From contig JBEPZY010000002.1 in assembly GCA_041640595.1 (NCBI GenBank), positions 178,984 to 242,983 of the forward strand: a stretch of 64,000 bases of DNA, read 5' to 3'. The notes under the pieces are model-generated. The model made no database searches. It saw only the letters and a list, made by a program, of their open reading frames with translations, and was not told the origin of the DNA. Of this stretch, positions 1 through 9,755 are shown piece by piece (within the stretch, counting starts at the first letter, position 1; each line of letters starts with the position of its first letter). The position numbers were made by a program, and so were the translations under genes. The stretch is from Gemmatales bacterium. Lineage in GTDB: Bacteria; Planctomycetota; Planctomycetia; Gemmatales; HRBIN36.

Positions 1-8
1 AACGAAAC

Positions 9-299
9 GTGGCTTTACCGAACCGTGAGGAAATCGAAAAGCGCGTCATTGAAATGATTGCGCAGCAACTCGGCGTCAACCGCGACGAAATCAAACGCGA
101 AACCAATATCCTCACCGACCTGAACGCGGATTCGCTGGACGTCGTCGAGTTGCTCATGGAACTGGAAGAGGAGTTCCAGATCAAGATTCCGGATGCCGAG
201 CAGGAAAAAATTCAGACCGTCGGTCAGGCCATAGACCTGATCGAACGCCTACTGCAGGAAAAGGCACAGCAGGAAGTGCAACAGCCGGCGGAGCGCTAA
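9..299 (+). CDS. acpP: Acyl carrier protein
   Basis: [20 protein letters not shown] phosphopantetheine motif; directly upstream of fabF. Confidence 0.95.
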   Translation: MALPNREEIEKRVIEMIAQQLGVNRDEIKRETNILTDLNADSLDVVELLMELEEEFQIKIPDAEQEKIQTVGQAIDLIERLLQEKAQQEVQQPAER

Positions 300-303
300 G
301 ACC

Positions 304-1587
304 GTGGCGGGTCGGCGAGTGGTGATTACCGGGCTGGGCACGTTTACCGCCCTGGGGCCGGATTTAATCCGCGATTTCTGGCAGGGTCTGCTGGCCGGTC
401 GCAGCGGCATCAGTTACATTGATTTGTTCGACACCAGCGCTTTTCGTGTGCGTTTCGGTGGGCAGATTCATAACTTCAATCCCGAGGCGTACATCGAACC
501 GCGTCTGGCCCGGCGACTCGACCGCTATGCTCAGTTTGCGCTCATTGCCGCCATGAGTGCGTTGAAAGACAGCGGTCTGGAGTTCGTTCGCACGGGGGAT
601 GACCAGCCGGGATTCTACCTGCCGCACGAAGACCCCGACCGCGTCGGCGTCGTCATCGGTACCGGCATCGGCGGACTCTCGGAATACGAGGAACAGCACA
701 GCCGACTCCTGAAAATGGGGCCAGACCGCATCAGTCCGTTCACCATTCCCAAACTGATGGCCAATGCTGCGGCCGGACAGATTTCCATCTATTTGCGGCT
801 CACCGGACCGAATATCGCCGTCGCCACCGCCTGCGCTTCCAGTGCCCATGCTATCGGCGAGGCGTTTCGCATGATCCAGCGAGGCGAGGCGGATGTGATA
901 CTGGCCGGCGGTTCGGAAGCGACCATTACGCCGATGGGACTCGGCGGCTTCATTGCTGCGCGAGCACTCTCCGAACGCAACGACGCTCCGCAGCAAGCCA
1001 GCCGACCTTTCGACCGCGACCGGGATGGTTTCGTTCTGGCAGAAGGTGCCGGCGTGCTTGTGCTCGAAGAAGAAAGTCGTGCCCGGCGTCGCGGTGCCAA
1101 TATCTACGCAGAAATTCTCGGTTACGGTGCCACCGCAGATGCCTACAACATCACCGCGCCGCACCCCGACGGTGCCGGGGCTGCCAAGGCCATGCGCAAA
1201 GCTCTCCAGGACGGACGTATCAATCCCGACCAGGTGCAATACATCAACGCCCACGGTACCAGCACGCCGTTGGGCGACGCTGTCGAGACCAAGGCGATCA
1301 AAGCCGTCTTCGGCGATCACGCTTACCGCCTCGCTATCTCCAGCACCAAGAGCATGCTCGGCCACACTCTGGGAGCCAGTGGCGGGATCGAATTGATCGC
1401 CACCGCGCTTTCCATCAAACACGGCGTGGTGCATCCCACCATCAATTACGAAAATCCCGACCCCGAATGCGACCTCGATTACGTTCCCAACACCGCCCGC
1501 GAAATCCCGGTGCGTTACGCCATCTCCAACAGTTTCGGTTTCGGTGGACACAACGCCTGCATCCTTCTGGGCGCGTACACCGGGTAG
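304..1587 (+). CDS. fabF: 3-oxoacyl-ACP synthase II
   Basis: RRVVITGLG, TACAS (catalytic Cys), INAHGTST, SNSFGFGGHN motifs. Confidence 0.95.
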   Translation: MAGRRVVITGLGTFTALGPDLIRDFWQGLLAGRSGISYIDLFDTSAFRVRFGGQIHNFNPEAYIEPRLARRLDRYAQFALIAAMSALKDSGLEFVRTGDDQPGFYLPHEDPDRVGVVIGTGIGGLSEYEEQHSRLLKMGPDRISPFTIPKLMANAAAGQISIYLRLTGPNIAVATACASSAHAIGEAFRMIQRGEADVILAGGSEATITPMGLGGFIAARALSERNDAPQQASRPFDRDRDGFVLAEGAGVLVLEEESRARRRGANIYAEILGYGATADAYNITAPHPDGAGAAKAMRKALQDGRINPDQVQYINAHGTSTPLGDAVETKAIKAVFGDHAYRLAISSTKSMLGHTLGASGGIELIATALSIKHGVVHPTINYENPDPECDLDYVPNTAREIPVRYAISNSFGFGGHNACILLGAYTG

Positions 1588-1680
1588 AATAGTCGGAATG
1601 AAATGCGGCGAATCGCGTAGCTGGTGATGGTGCTGCCAGGCTGCGCGCCGCCGGAGACGAACCACCATCGAGCTTCCCCT

Positions 1681-2805
1681 ATGAGTGCCTCACGCATCCC
1701 GGCTAAGCTGGCCCTGGAAGATGGACTGGTTTTTAGCGGCTTCGCTTTCGGAGCCGAGGGCGAACGTTTCGGCGAAGTCGTGTTCAATACCAGCATCACC
1801 GGTTACCAGGAAATCCTGACCGACCCGTCTTACAAGGGTCAGATTGTGGTGATGACCTATCCGCATATCGGCAATTACGGAGTCAACGCCGAGGATCGGG
1901 AGTCGTCCCGGCCGCAGGTGGAAGGTTTCGTCGTTCGGGAATTTACTCGCCAACCCAGTAACTGCCGGGCCGAGCAAGCCCTGGAAGAATACCTCCGCGC
2001 CTACGGCATCATTGGCATCGAGGGCGTGGACACGCGGGCCCTGGTTCGGCATATCCGCATTCGCGGGGCGATGATGGGCGTGCTCTCCGCCGTGGACCTC
2101 GACGATGCCTCGCTCGTCGAAAAAGCTCGCCGAGCGCCTCCCCTGGTGGGGCGGGACCTGGTGCGGGAAGTCCTTACCAGCGAAGTACGCACCTGGCAGG
2201 AGGGATTCACCAGCCGCTTTGCCGCCGACTTGTTGCCTGCCCGTCCGGCAACGCATCATGTCGTCGCTCTCGATTTCGGCATGAAATGGAACATTCTCCG
2301 GTGTCTGGTGCAGGTGGGTTGTCGTGTGACCGTGTTGCCGGGCACCGCCAGCGCAGAGGAAGTGTTACGGCACAACCCGGACGGTATCTTTCTGTCTAAC
2401 GGTCCCGGCGATCCAGCGGCTCTGGGTTACGCCATCGAAACCATCCGGCATCTCGTCGGCAAAAAACCGATCTTCGGCATCTGTCTTGGGCACCAATTGC
2501 TGGGTCTGGCGCTGGGCGGCGAAACCTTCAAGCTCAAGTTCGGGCATCGCGGGGCCAATCATCCCGTGCTGCACTACGCCACCAACCGCGTGGAAATTAC
2601 CACGCAAAATCACGGTTTTGCCGTCCGTCTGGAAACTTTACCCCGCGACCTGGAACCGACGCATATCAATCTCAATGACCGAACACTGGAAGGCATGCGG
2701 CACCGACGTTTGCCCGTCTTCAGCGTGCAGTACCATCCCGAAGCCTCCGCTGGACCCCATGACAGTTACTACCTGTTCGAGGAATTCCGTCGGCTCATGG
2801 GTTGA
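1681..2805 (+). CDS. carA: Carbamoyl-phosphate synthase small subunit
   Basis: [34 protein letters not shown] motifs; start taken at ATG 1681. Confidence 0.95.
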   Translation: MSASRIPAKLALEDGLVFSGFAFGAEGERFGEVVFNTSITGYQEILTDPSYKGQIVVMTYPHIGNYGVNAEDRESSRPQVEGFVVREFTRQPSNCRAEQALEEYLRAYGIIGIEGVDTRALVRHIRIRGAMMGVLSAVDLDDASLVEKARRAPPLVGRDLVREVLTSEVRTWQEGFTSRFAADLLPARPATHHVVALDFGMKWNILRCLVQVGCRVTVLPGTASAEEVLRHNPDGIFLSNGPGDPAALGYAIETIRHLVGKKPIFGICLGHQLLGLALGGETFKLKFGHRGANHPVLHYATNRVEITTQNHGFAVRLETLPRDLEPTHINLNDRTLEGMRHRRLPVFSVQYHPEASAGPHDSYYLFEEFRRLMG

Positions 2806-2925
2806 TGTGCCGCGGCGACGGCCTGGCTTGCCCGACCGAACCGCATAGCGGCTCAGGTCTTTGTGAGCTAGAATGACGCGGGCGAAGTCTCGGCGGACTG
2901 CTGGCTGCACTGCTGGGATGCGAAC

Positions 2926-4404
2926 ATGACAGCGACGCAGGCTTTGACCAGGCAAACTATCGCCAACCAGCTGAACGGTGTCTCAGCCGAACTGCTGGCG
3001 GCACTGCGAGCGATTGTCGGTGCGGACGGGGTGCTGACGGCTCCCAGCGATCTGGCGGTTTATGAGTGCGACGGTTACACCATTGCCAAAAATCGCCCCG
3101 ACGTGGTCGTCTTCCCGACCAGCACCGCCCAGGTCGTGGAAATTGTCCGCGTGTGTAACCGTTACAAAGTTCCCTTCCTGCCGCGCGGAGCAGGAACGAG
3201 TTTGTCCGGCGGATGTTTACCAGTTGGTGGCGGCGTGCTGATATGTTTGACACGCATGAAACGCATACTGGAAATCAATTACCGCGACGGTTACGCCGTC
3301 GTTGAGCCGGGCGTGGTCAATCTGTGGCTGACACGGGAAACCTCTCCGCGGGGCTGGCATTTCGCTCCCGATCCGTCCAGCCAGGGAGCGTGTACGATCG
3401 GGGGAAACGTAGCCACCAATTCCGGTGGGCCGCACACGCTGAAATACGGCGTCACCGTCAACCATGTGCTCGGTCTGGAAATTGTCCTGCCCGACGCCAC
3501 GGTGGTTCGCGTGGGCGGGCCGCCTGACGATTTGCCCGGTTACGACCTGACCGGTGTCCTGGTCGGTTCCGAGGGAACACTGGCGATCGTGACGAAGATA
3601 TGGGTGCGACTGACGCGCAATCCGGAAAGCTGGCGGACGCTGCTCGCCGTCTTCGATTCCGTGGACGATGCCACGCAAACTATCAGTGCGATTATCGCGG
3701 CCGGCATCATCCCCGCTGCTCTGGAGATGATGGACCAGCTGATTCTTCAGGCAGTGGAAGCGGCTTTTCACTTCGGCTTTCCTCTGGATGCGGGAGCGGT
3801 TTTGCTCATCGAAGTGGACGGTTTGCAGACCGGGCTGGATGAGGAGGCGGAGCGAATCATGGCTCTGGCTCAGGCTCATCACGCTCGCTCTGTGCGTCTG
3901 GCACGCGATGAGGCTGAGCGCCAGCTTTTGTGGAAATGCCGCAAACAGGCTTTCGGTGCCGTCGGCCGTCTCGCTCCCAGTTATTGCACCCAGGACGGAG
4001 TTGTGCCACGAACGCGTTTACCGGAAATGCTGCGACTCATTCGGCAAATCGGCGAAAAATACCAGATTCGCATCTGCAATGTCTTTCATGCCGGCGACGG
4101 CAATCTTCACCCCATCCTGCTTTTCGATGAACGCGACCCGGATCAGGTTCAGCGCGTGCTGCGAGCCAGCGAGGAGATTCTGGACGCCTGTTTGCAGATG
4201 GGCGGCAGCGTGACCGGCGAACATGGGATCGGCGTCGAAAAGCTGGATTTCATGCCCCGCATGTTCAGCCCCGCCGATCTGGCGATGATGGAGCGGCTCC
4301 GTCGGGCCTTCAATCCTGAAAATTGCCTCAGCCCGGGCAAGATGCTTCCCACAGCCGGTGCCTGTATCGAACCGACACGCCCGGGTCGTCGCGCTGCTCT
4401 CTAG
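2926..4404 (+). CDS. glcD: FAD-linked oxidase, glycolate oxidase subunit GlcD-like
   Basis: PRGAGTSLSGG, APDPSS, GSEGTL, HAGDGNLHP, GEHGIG motifs. Confidence 0.85.
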   Translation: MTATQALTRQTIANQLNGVSAELLAALRAIVGADGVLTAPSDLAVYECDGYTIAKNRPDVVVFPTSTAQVVEIVRVCNRYKVPFLPRGAGTSLSGGCLPVGGGVLICLTRMKRILEINYRDGYAVVEPGVVNLWLTRETSPRGWHFAPDPSSQGACTIGGNVATNSGGPHTLKYGVTVNHVLGLEIVLPDATVVRVGGPPDDLPGYDLTGVLVGSEGTLAIVTKIWVRLTRNPESWRTLLAVFDSVDDATQTISAIIAAGIIPAALEMMDQLILQAVEAAFHFGFPLDAGAVLLIEVDGLQTGLDEEAERIMALAQAHHARSVRLARDEAERQLLWKCRKQAFGAVGRLAPSYCTQDGVVPRTRLPEMLRLIRQIGEKYQIRICNVFHAGDGNLHPILLFDERDPDQVQRVLRASEEILDACLQMGGSVTGEHGIGVEKLDFMPRMFSPADLAMMERLRRAFNPENCLSPGKMLPTAGACIEPTRPGRRAAL

Positions 4405-4482
4405 GCGTGCCGCCTGCTGACGGAAGGGAAAGTTGGTAGTAGTCATGGGCGTCGTCGCGCTGCTCTCTGGGCGTGCTGCTTG
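4385..4482. repeat. 32-bp direct repeat (glcD 3' end duplicated) with a 34-bp spacer
   Basis: 4385-4416 vs 4451-4482, 3 mismatches, period 66. Confidence 0.85.
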
Positions 4483-4502
4483 AACCAACCGCTACCGCCA
4501 TC

Positions 4503-4685
4503 CTCGCCGACACCGTCAGCGTCTGAGCCCCGGCAACCACACGGACTAGCAGCTGGGGACTCACTCCGCCGGGATTCTCGCCGACACCACCAACGTCTGA
4601 GGCCCGACAACCACACGGACTAGCAGCTGGCGACTCACTGCGCCGGGATTCTCGCCGACACCACCGGCGTCTGAGGCCCGGCAAC
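4503..4685. repeat. 74-bp tandem repeat, about 2.5 copies (three 35-bp repeats with a duplicated 39-bp spacer)
   Basis: CTCGCCGACACC...CGTCTGAG at 4503, 4577, 4651. Confidence 0.9.
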
Positions 4686-4722
4686 TCCATCACCGTCGTC
4701 AGCGCTTGTGGAAACCCGCTGC

Positions 4723-4891
4723 ATTGCCGGAAAAGCCGTGCTACCCCTCGGCTGATATCAATTCCACCCACCGGGACCGCGCCAATGGCGTGGCTGGTTC
4801 ACCCTCGTTCATAATCAACTCGGCCGATACCAATTCCACCCACCGGGATTGCGCCTGCCTGATTGCCGGAAAAGTCGTACTACCCGTCGGC
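4723..4891. repeat. Two nested direct-repeat pairs
   Basis: ATTGCCGGAAAAGYCGTRCTACCC at 4723/4862 (offset 139); TCGGCYGATAYCAATTCCACCCACCGGGA at 4748/4820 (offset 72). Confidence 0.85.
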
Positions 4892-4896
4892 CCCCT

Positions 4897-5078
4897 GCCA
4901 ACATCGAAAACCGTCCTAATGCACACCACGCCGCGAGAGCGACTTACGGCTTTTTCGCCGGGGCTTTCCTGCGAACATCGAAAACGGTCCTAATGCAAAC
5001 CACGCACCGCGGATTGCGGAATTCAGCTCCTCGCGGGATGGCTGCCAACATCGAAAACCGTCCGGATGCAAACCACGC
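4897..5078. repeat. CRISPR-like mini array: three 35-bp repeats, two unique spacers (39 and 38 bp)
   Basis: Consensus GCCAACATCGAAAACCGTCCTAATGCAAACCACGC at 4897, 4971, 5044; no cas gene nearby. Confidence 0.8.
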
Positions 5079-5222
5079 ACGCGTTTGTAGTGTGCCCGCG
5101 GAGTTAGCAACCGTTTCTGGCCACGAACTGACGCCCACCGCTCCTGGTTGTGTGGTCGCTAGTCGCTGAATGTCATGCGGCTTCCGAGTGCGTGCGGTTT
5201 TTCGGGGTGGGTTAGCGTTCGC

Positions 5223-5401
5223 AGCGTTCGCTCCAACAACAAAGTGATCTAGCGCAAGCCCCCATGCCGCGACCGCCAGACGGGTCAGATGTGGGTTAGC
5301 GTTCGCTCCATCAACAAAGCGATCTAGCTCCATTGATGATGACGGCACGATCGTCGGTCGCGTTGAGGTTGGCGTTCACTCCGTCAACAAAGTGATCTAG
5401 C
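5223..5401. repeat. CRISPR-like mini array: three ~31-bp repeats with unique spacers
   Basis: AGCGTTCGCTCCATCAACAAAGTGATCTAGC-like at 5223, 5298, 5371 (periods 75, 73). Confidence 0.8.
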
Positions 5402-5417
5402 TCCCGTCGGCTTCCGA

Positions 5418-5515
5418 GTGTGGGCGCTTATTCGGGAAGGTTAGCGGCCTAGCTTTGACTGGCACAAAGTTTGATAACGAAGCCGTGCGGGCGCTTATCC
5501 GGAAAGGTTAGCGGC
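5418..5515. repeat. 31-bp direct repeat overlapping the parB stop codon
   Basis: 5418-5448 vs 5485-5515, 3 mismatches, period 67. Confidence 0.8.
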
Positions 5516-6389
5516 GGAGGTGTTCGAGGAGGCGTTCAAAATCGTCGTTGTTCTGGAAATGGAGAATAATCTGGCCTTTTTCCCTGCCGCGGAGACGGAT
5601 TTCGACACGCGTCGCCAGGCGTTGTCGCAATTCTTCTTCGATGGCCTGAACATGCGGAGTCTTTTCTGCACTCGGGCGGGTGGTGTACCCCTGAGCGTTG
5701 GGGTCGGAAGGATGGCTCTGGACTTCTTCCCGGACAAGCTGTTCGACCGCCCGCACGGATAAGCCGCGGGCAATGATTTCCTGGCAGACTTCTTCCTGGC
5801 GTTGCGGTGAGGGCAGGCTGAGCAAGGCACGGGCATGGCCGAAACTGATTTGTCCAGTACGGATGGCGTCCTGGACACTGGGCGGCAAATCGAGCAAGCG
5901 AATGAAGTTGGTAACCGTGGTGCGATCCACGCCAATTTTGCGGGCCAGTTCTTCATGAGTAACGCCATAACGCTGGATATATTCGGCAAAGCCCTGGGCC
6001 TTTTCGATAGCGTTCAGGTCGCTGCGTTGCAGATTTTCGACGAGAGCGGCCTCGAAAACCTGCTGGTCGTTGAAATCCACAATGCGGACGGGAATCTCCT
6101 TCCAGCCCGCTTCCCGTGCGGCACGAAGGCGTCGTTCACCGACCACCACCTGGTAGCCACGCTCGGTAGGCCGAACCAGAATCGGTTGCAACAACCCGTG
6201 CGTTTGCAGGCTCTGTTTCAGAGCTTCCAGCTCTTCCGGATCGAAATCGCGGCGGGGTTGTAGCGGATTGGCTTCGATCTGATCGAGGGGGACCTGCAGA
6301 ATCGCCCCGGCTGGGTGTTCCGGGGAGTGTTTGTCCACAGCACCGAGCAGAGCTTCCAGCCCTTTTCCGAGCCGACGTTTTTCGGTCAC
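5508..6389 (-). CDS. parB: ParB/Spo0J chromosome partitioning protein
   Basis: RRLGKGL N-terminus, NPLQPRRDF, GERRLRA, ENLQRSDL, HTH region; GTG start at 6389 with GGAGG upstream. Confidence 0.93.
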   Translation of the reverse strand: MTEKRRLGKGLEALLGAVDKHSPEHPAGAILQVPLDQIEANPLQPRRDFDPEELEALKQSLQTHGLLQPILVRPTERGYQVVVGERRLRAAREAGWKEIPVRIVDFNDQQVFEAALVENLQRSDLNAIEKAQGFAEYIQRYGVTHEELARKIGVDRTTVTNFIRLLDLPPSVQDAIRTGQISFGHARALLSLPSPQRQEEVCQEIIARGLSVRAVEQLVREEVQSHPSDPNAQGYTTRPSAEKTPHVQAIEEELRQRLATRVEIRLRGREKGQIILHFQNNDDFERLLEHLRR

Positions 6390-6796
6390 GGCGTTCCTCC
6401 CGGCTTCCGACGGGTCGTGGGGAATGCTTGCGGCGATCAAAATGGCCTCGCGTCCGGCGCAGGTCGGCTTCCCGGCTGCGCACTTGCCGGCACCAACCAC
6501 TGAAAGGCTCAGCAGCAGGCCGGCCGCGACGAATGCGCTTCTTCCGCTACCGCCTTATACCACGTGCCGCCCAGCTATGGCAACGCGAATTTACCGTGTC
6601 GCCTGGCCAGACCATTACGCCAGCGGCGCACCGCGTGCGTTTCCGTGAACGCCTGTTATTGGCACGGCCGCAATGTCGTCTAATCGGTTGCCGATACAGC
6701 GTGCGGCAGGTGTTTTTGCCGGCCATCGGTTTGGGATACAATCGGAATAGACCGCGTGGTCGAGGGCAATCCTCAGCAAGCGGAGCGTGATTGGCG

Positions 6797-8134
6797 ATGC
6801 GCATGCGGATTTTTGCGGGGCTGATGGTGGCGGTGTGGTGGTGGGTCGGGCCGACACAGGCGCTGGCAGGAGTGCATTGTTCTGCGGAGACCTATGCCGC
6901 TTTGCCATGCCAGTGGTCCGGCTTCCTGAACGACTGGCGCACGCTCCGCACTATCGCGGTGCCCGACAGAACCGCTGGTTTGGCGGGTAGCCCCGTCGGT
7001 AGCAGCGAAAGACGCCGGCTCTATCAGCAGCGCGTCGAACGCCTGGAAGATCGGCGAAAGCAAGGCCAACTGAGCGCGGATGAGTGGGCCGATCTGGGAG
7101 CGTATTATCTGCGGCTGGGCGAAGTGCATCGGGCGGCCGAGGTGCTTCAGCAGGCGTATCAACGCCACCCGCATCACTTTGCCGTCGTCGCCAACCTGGG
7201 CACTGCCTGGCAACGGTTGGGCAATCTGGAGCGCTCGGCGGCATTGCTGGAGCAAGCCGTCTCGCTGGCCCCGCCTCGCTGGCGCAGGTTTGAGGAATAC
7301 CACTGGCGATTGGTGCAGCAGCGGTTGAAGAGCAACAATGCTGGCCAGCTGATGCTGGACGACCTGTTCGGTGTGCACTACGGCCAGCTCAACGGTTCGT
7401 ATGAGCCGGGCCGATTGCCTCCCGAACAACGCCAACGCCTGCCGGAGGATGCGCTGGCTATTGTGCAGCAACTGGTGTTGTGGTTACCCGAAGATGTGGC
7501 GCTGGTGTGGCAACTGGCGGAACTGGCGGCTGTGTATGGCGACCTCAAGACGGCCGGGCTGCTGTTCGACTGGCTGGTAACTGCTGCTGCCGTGGCTTCG
7601 CCGGAAGTGCGAGCACGACGCCAGATCGTTCGGCAGCGGTTGCAGGAAATGGCCAATAAGCCGGATTCGCCAGCGGGTCATGCGAATCACCCACCGATCG
7701 CGTTTCGCTCGCGGCGAGCCTTGCTCGGCAGTCAGTTCGATGCCAGTTCTCTGCCTCCGGTGCGACGCGATGACGTCAACCCGTTGCCCTGGGGATTGCT
7801 GCTCGACACGCATCTGGATCAACGGTTACGCCCGACTTTTCCCCAACGGCTGCAAGATTTGAACGGCCACCTGGTGAGCATCACCGGCTTTTTGCAGCCG
7901 CTGGGCGAAGAAATCGAAGGCCGGCTCTTTATGCTCCTGGAATATCCTGTCAGTTGCTGGTATTGCGAAATGCCGGAACCGACCGGGATTGTTCTGGTGG
8001 AAATAGCCGAGGGAAAAACTGCCGCATGGCAACCACATCTGGTCAAGGTGGTTGGTCGGCTCCGTCTCAACGCCAGCGATCCGGAAGATTTCCTGTTCCA
8101 GATCAAAAACGCCACCATTACAACGCCGGACTAA
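6797..8134 (+). CDS. Exported TPR protein with C-terminal DUF3299-like OB-fold domain
   Basis: Signal peptide, TPR-like helices (DLGAYYLRLG, NLGTAWQRLG), C-terminal 'LNGHLVSITGFLQP...CWYCEMP...VKVVGRL'. Confidence 0.6.
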   Translation: MRMRIFAGLMVAVWWWVGPTQALAGVHCSAETYAALPCQWSGFLNDWRTLRTIAVPDRTAGLAGSPVGSSERRRLYQQRVERLEDRRKQGQLSADEWADLGAYYLRLGEVHRAAEVLQQAYQRHPHHFAVVANLGTAWQRLGNLERSAALLEQAVSLAPPRWRRFEEYHWRLVQQRLKSNNAGQLMLDDLFGVHYGQLNGSYEPGRLPPEQRQRLPEDALAIVQQLVLWLPEDVALVWQLAELAAVYGDLKTAGLLFDWLVTAAAVASPEVRARRQIVRQRLQEMANKPDSPAGHANHPPIAFRSRRALLGSQFDASSLPPVRRDDVNPLPWGLLLDTHLDQRLRPTFPQRLQDLNGHLVSITGFLQPLGEEIEGRLFMLLEYPVSCWYCEMPEPTGIVLVEIAEGKTAAWQPHLVKVVGRLRLNASDPEDFLFQIKNATITTPD

Positions 8135-9459
8135 TGCAGTCGGCGGCGGATTTCGTTTTCCAGCTGGGCTAACTGCGAGCTATCCAGCCCTTCCGTTCGC
8201 CACAGGATGTTCCCCTGTTCGTCGAGGAGAATGAGTGTGGGAAAGCTGTGCACTGCCAGGGCGTTTTTGACCGGGCAGTGGTCACCCTGGCCGAGCAAAA
8301 CGCGGTAATTCAAACCCAAACGCTGGCGGACGAAATTGACCCGTTGCTGCTGCTCCGCAGGGGAACCGTCCTCGTAAGCAATGCCGATCACCTGCAAGCC
8401 ACGCGGACCGTAACGCCGCTGCAAATCTACCAGATGCGGCAGGCTGTTCAGGCATGGACGGCACCAGGTGCCCCAGAAATCGAGCAACGTCAGTCGCGCC
8501 GGGGCTTCTCGCCAGTGAAACGCCTGCCCGGAAAGATCGAACAGGGCGAAATCTTCCAGCCGATTGGCAACGACGCGGCACGCCGGCACCGACAATAATT
8601 GCGGCGTGGCCGACCTCTGCGGCCCAGCAGCCGCGCCAGGCCACGGAACGGAATTGACCAGCGGCCCTGCGGGTACCTCCTTCAGCATCGGTGAGCCAGC
8701 CGGCGAGCCGATATTTGGAGCCAAACCGCGACCGGGAATCTCCAGGCGAGGCGAAACCGGCGACGGATTCGGTTTCGGGCCCGGTGCACCGACAGGGATA
8801 GCGGGAGTGGCTGGGCCGTCTCCGTTGGGTTGACCTGCACCCTTGGCCGAACCCCAGTTGCCTGGGCTCCAGGGACTTCCATCCATGCGCTGAGTGTTGG
8901 CCGGACGCCAGCTCTGCGGACTGGCTGTAGGCGAACCACTTTCCTCCGGCTTACGGGCTGCGTTGTTGCCGGGGCCATGACCCGACTCGTTCTCGGACAA
9001 ATCTTCGCGGACGATGATGTTGACCACGACATTCGGCGGAGTGGCATAAGTAACGCCGGTCAAGAGCTTCTCCCCCAGCCGGACTTTGGCGACGAGCTTG
9101 TAACGCTGTCCTGGTTTCAGCCCCTGGACGACGAAGTAACCCTGAGCATCGGTTTGCACCTCGCGGGGAGCCTCACCGCCATCCGCTAGGCTGACCTGAA
9201 TGGTAGCGTAGGGCCGGCGTTGATGATACACGTCAATCACCTGCCCCGCCAGAATTCCGCTCCCCTGACTGGACGTGGTGCGACCGGGCGGTGAGGGTGG
9301 CGGCGGCGATGTCGGGCTTTCGGGAACGAGAGTGGTATTTTGTTCCGGCGGTTTATTCCCCTTCTGGCCGGAGAAAACGGGCCAGTTTTTCGGGTTCAGG
9401 GCGGCACAACTGCACAACCCGAAGCAAATCGCCAGTCCCAGAATCCCTAGCCGACGCAC
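8131..9459 (-). CDS. Lipoprotein with carboxypeptidase-regulatory-like domain, Pro-rich linker and TlpA-type thioredoxin
   Basis: Lipobox-like GLCSC; TDAQGYFVVQGLKPG; LLDFWGTWCRPC, FPTLILLD; start inferred at GTG 9459. Confidence 0.8.
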   Translation of the reverse strand: MRRLGILGLAICFGLCSCAALNPKNWPVFSGQKGNKPPEQNTTLVPESPTSPPPPSPPGRTTSSQGSGILAGQVIDVYHQRRPYATIQVSLADGGEAPREVQTDAQGYFVVQGLKPGQRYKLVAKVRLGEKLLTGVTYATPPNVVVNIIVREDLSENESGHGPGNNAARKPEESGSPTASPQSWRPANTQRMDGSPWSPGNWGSAKGAGQPNGDGPATPAIPVGAPGPKPNPSPVSPRLEIPGRGLAPNIGSPAGSPMLKEVPAGPLVNSVPWPGAAAGPQRSATPQLLSVPACRVVANRLEDFALFDLSGQAFHWREAPARLTLLDFWGTWCRPCLNSLPHLVDLQRRYGPRGLQVIGIAYEDGSPAEQQQRVNFVRQRLGLNYRVLLGQGDHCPVKNALAVHSFPTLILLDEQGNILWRTEGLDSSQLAQLENEIRRRLH

Positions 9460-9755
9460 CTGGTGGCCCTCACAGGAAAGTTCCTCCTGGACCGCTGCTG
9501 CTTCAATCTTTCCCTCACCTTGGCCCAGGTGCAACCTCGCCGGTGCAAAACGGGAATATTTTGGCCGGGGCTTAGCAGCTAAGTCGGCTAAGCTCCGCGC
9601 AGTTGCTCTGCCCGCCCTCTTTTCTGCCATCGGAATTTCCATACAAGAGTCATCAAAAAGCCATGGCGTCCATCGCTGCCGCGACGAATTTCCCGGTGGG
9701 AATGCGAGCGTGGCAGCGACCCGCGCGAAGCGCACAAAACGAAGGGAGAATCGCA

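Noticed and set aside
4897..5401. Calling these canonical CRISPR arrays
   Set aside because: No cas genes or AT-rich leader; repeats are degenerate and differ between neighbouring arrays. Reported as CRISPR-like repeats only.
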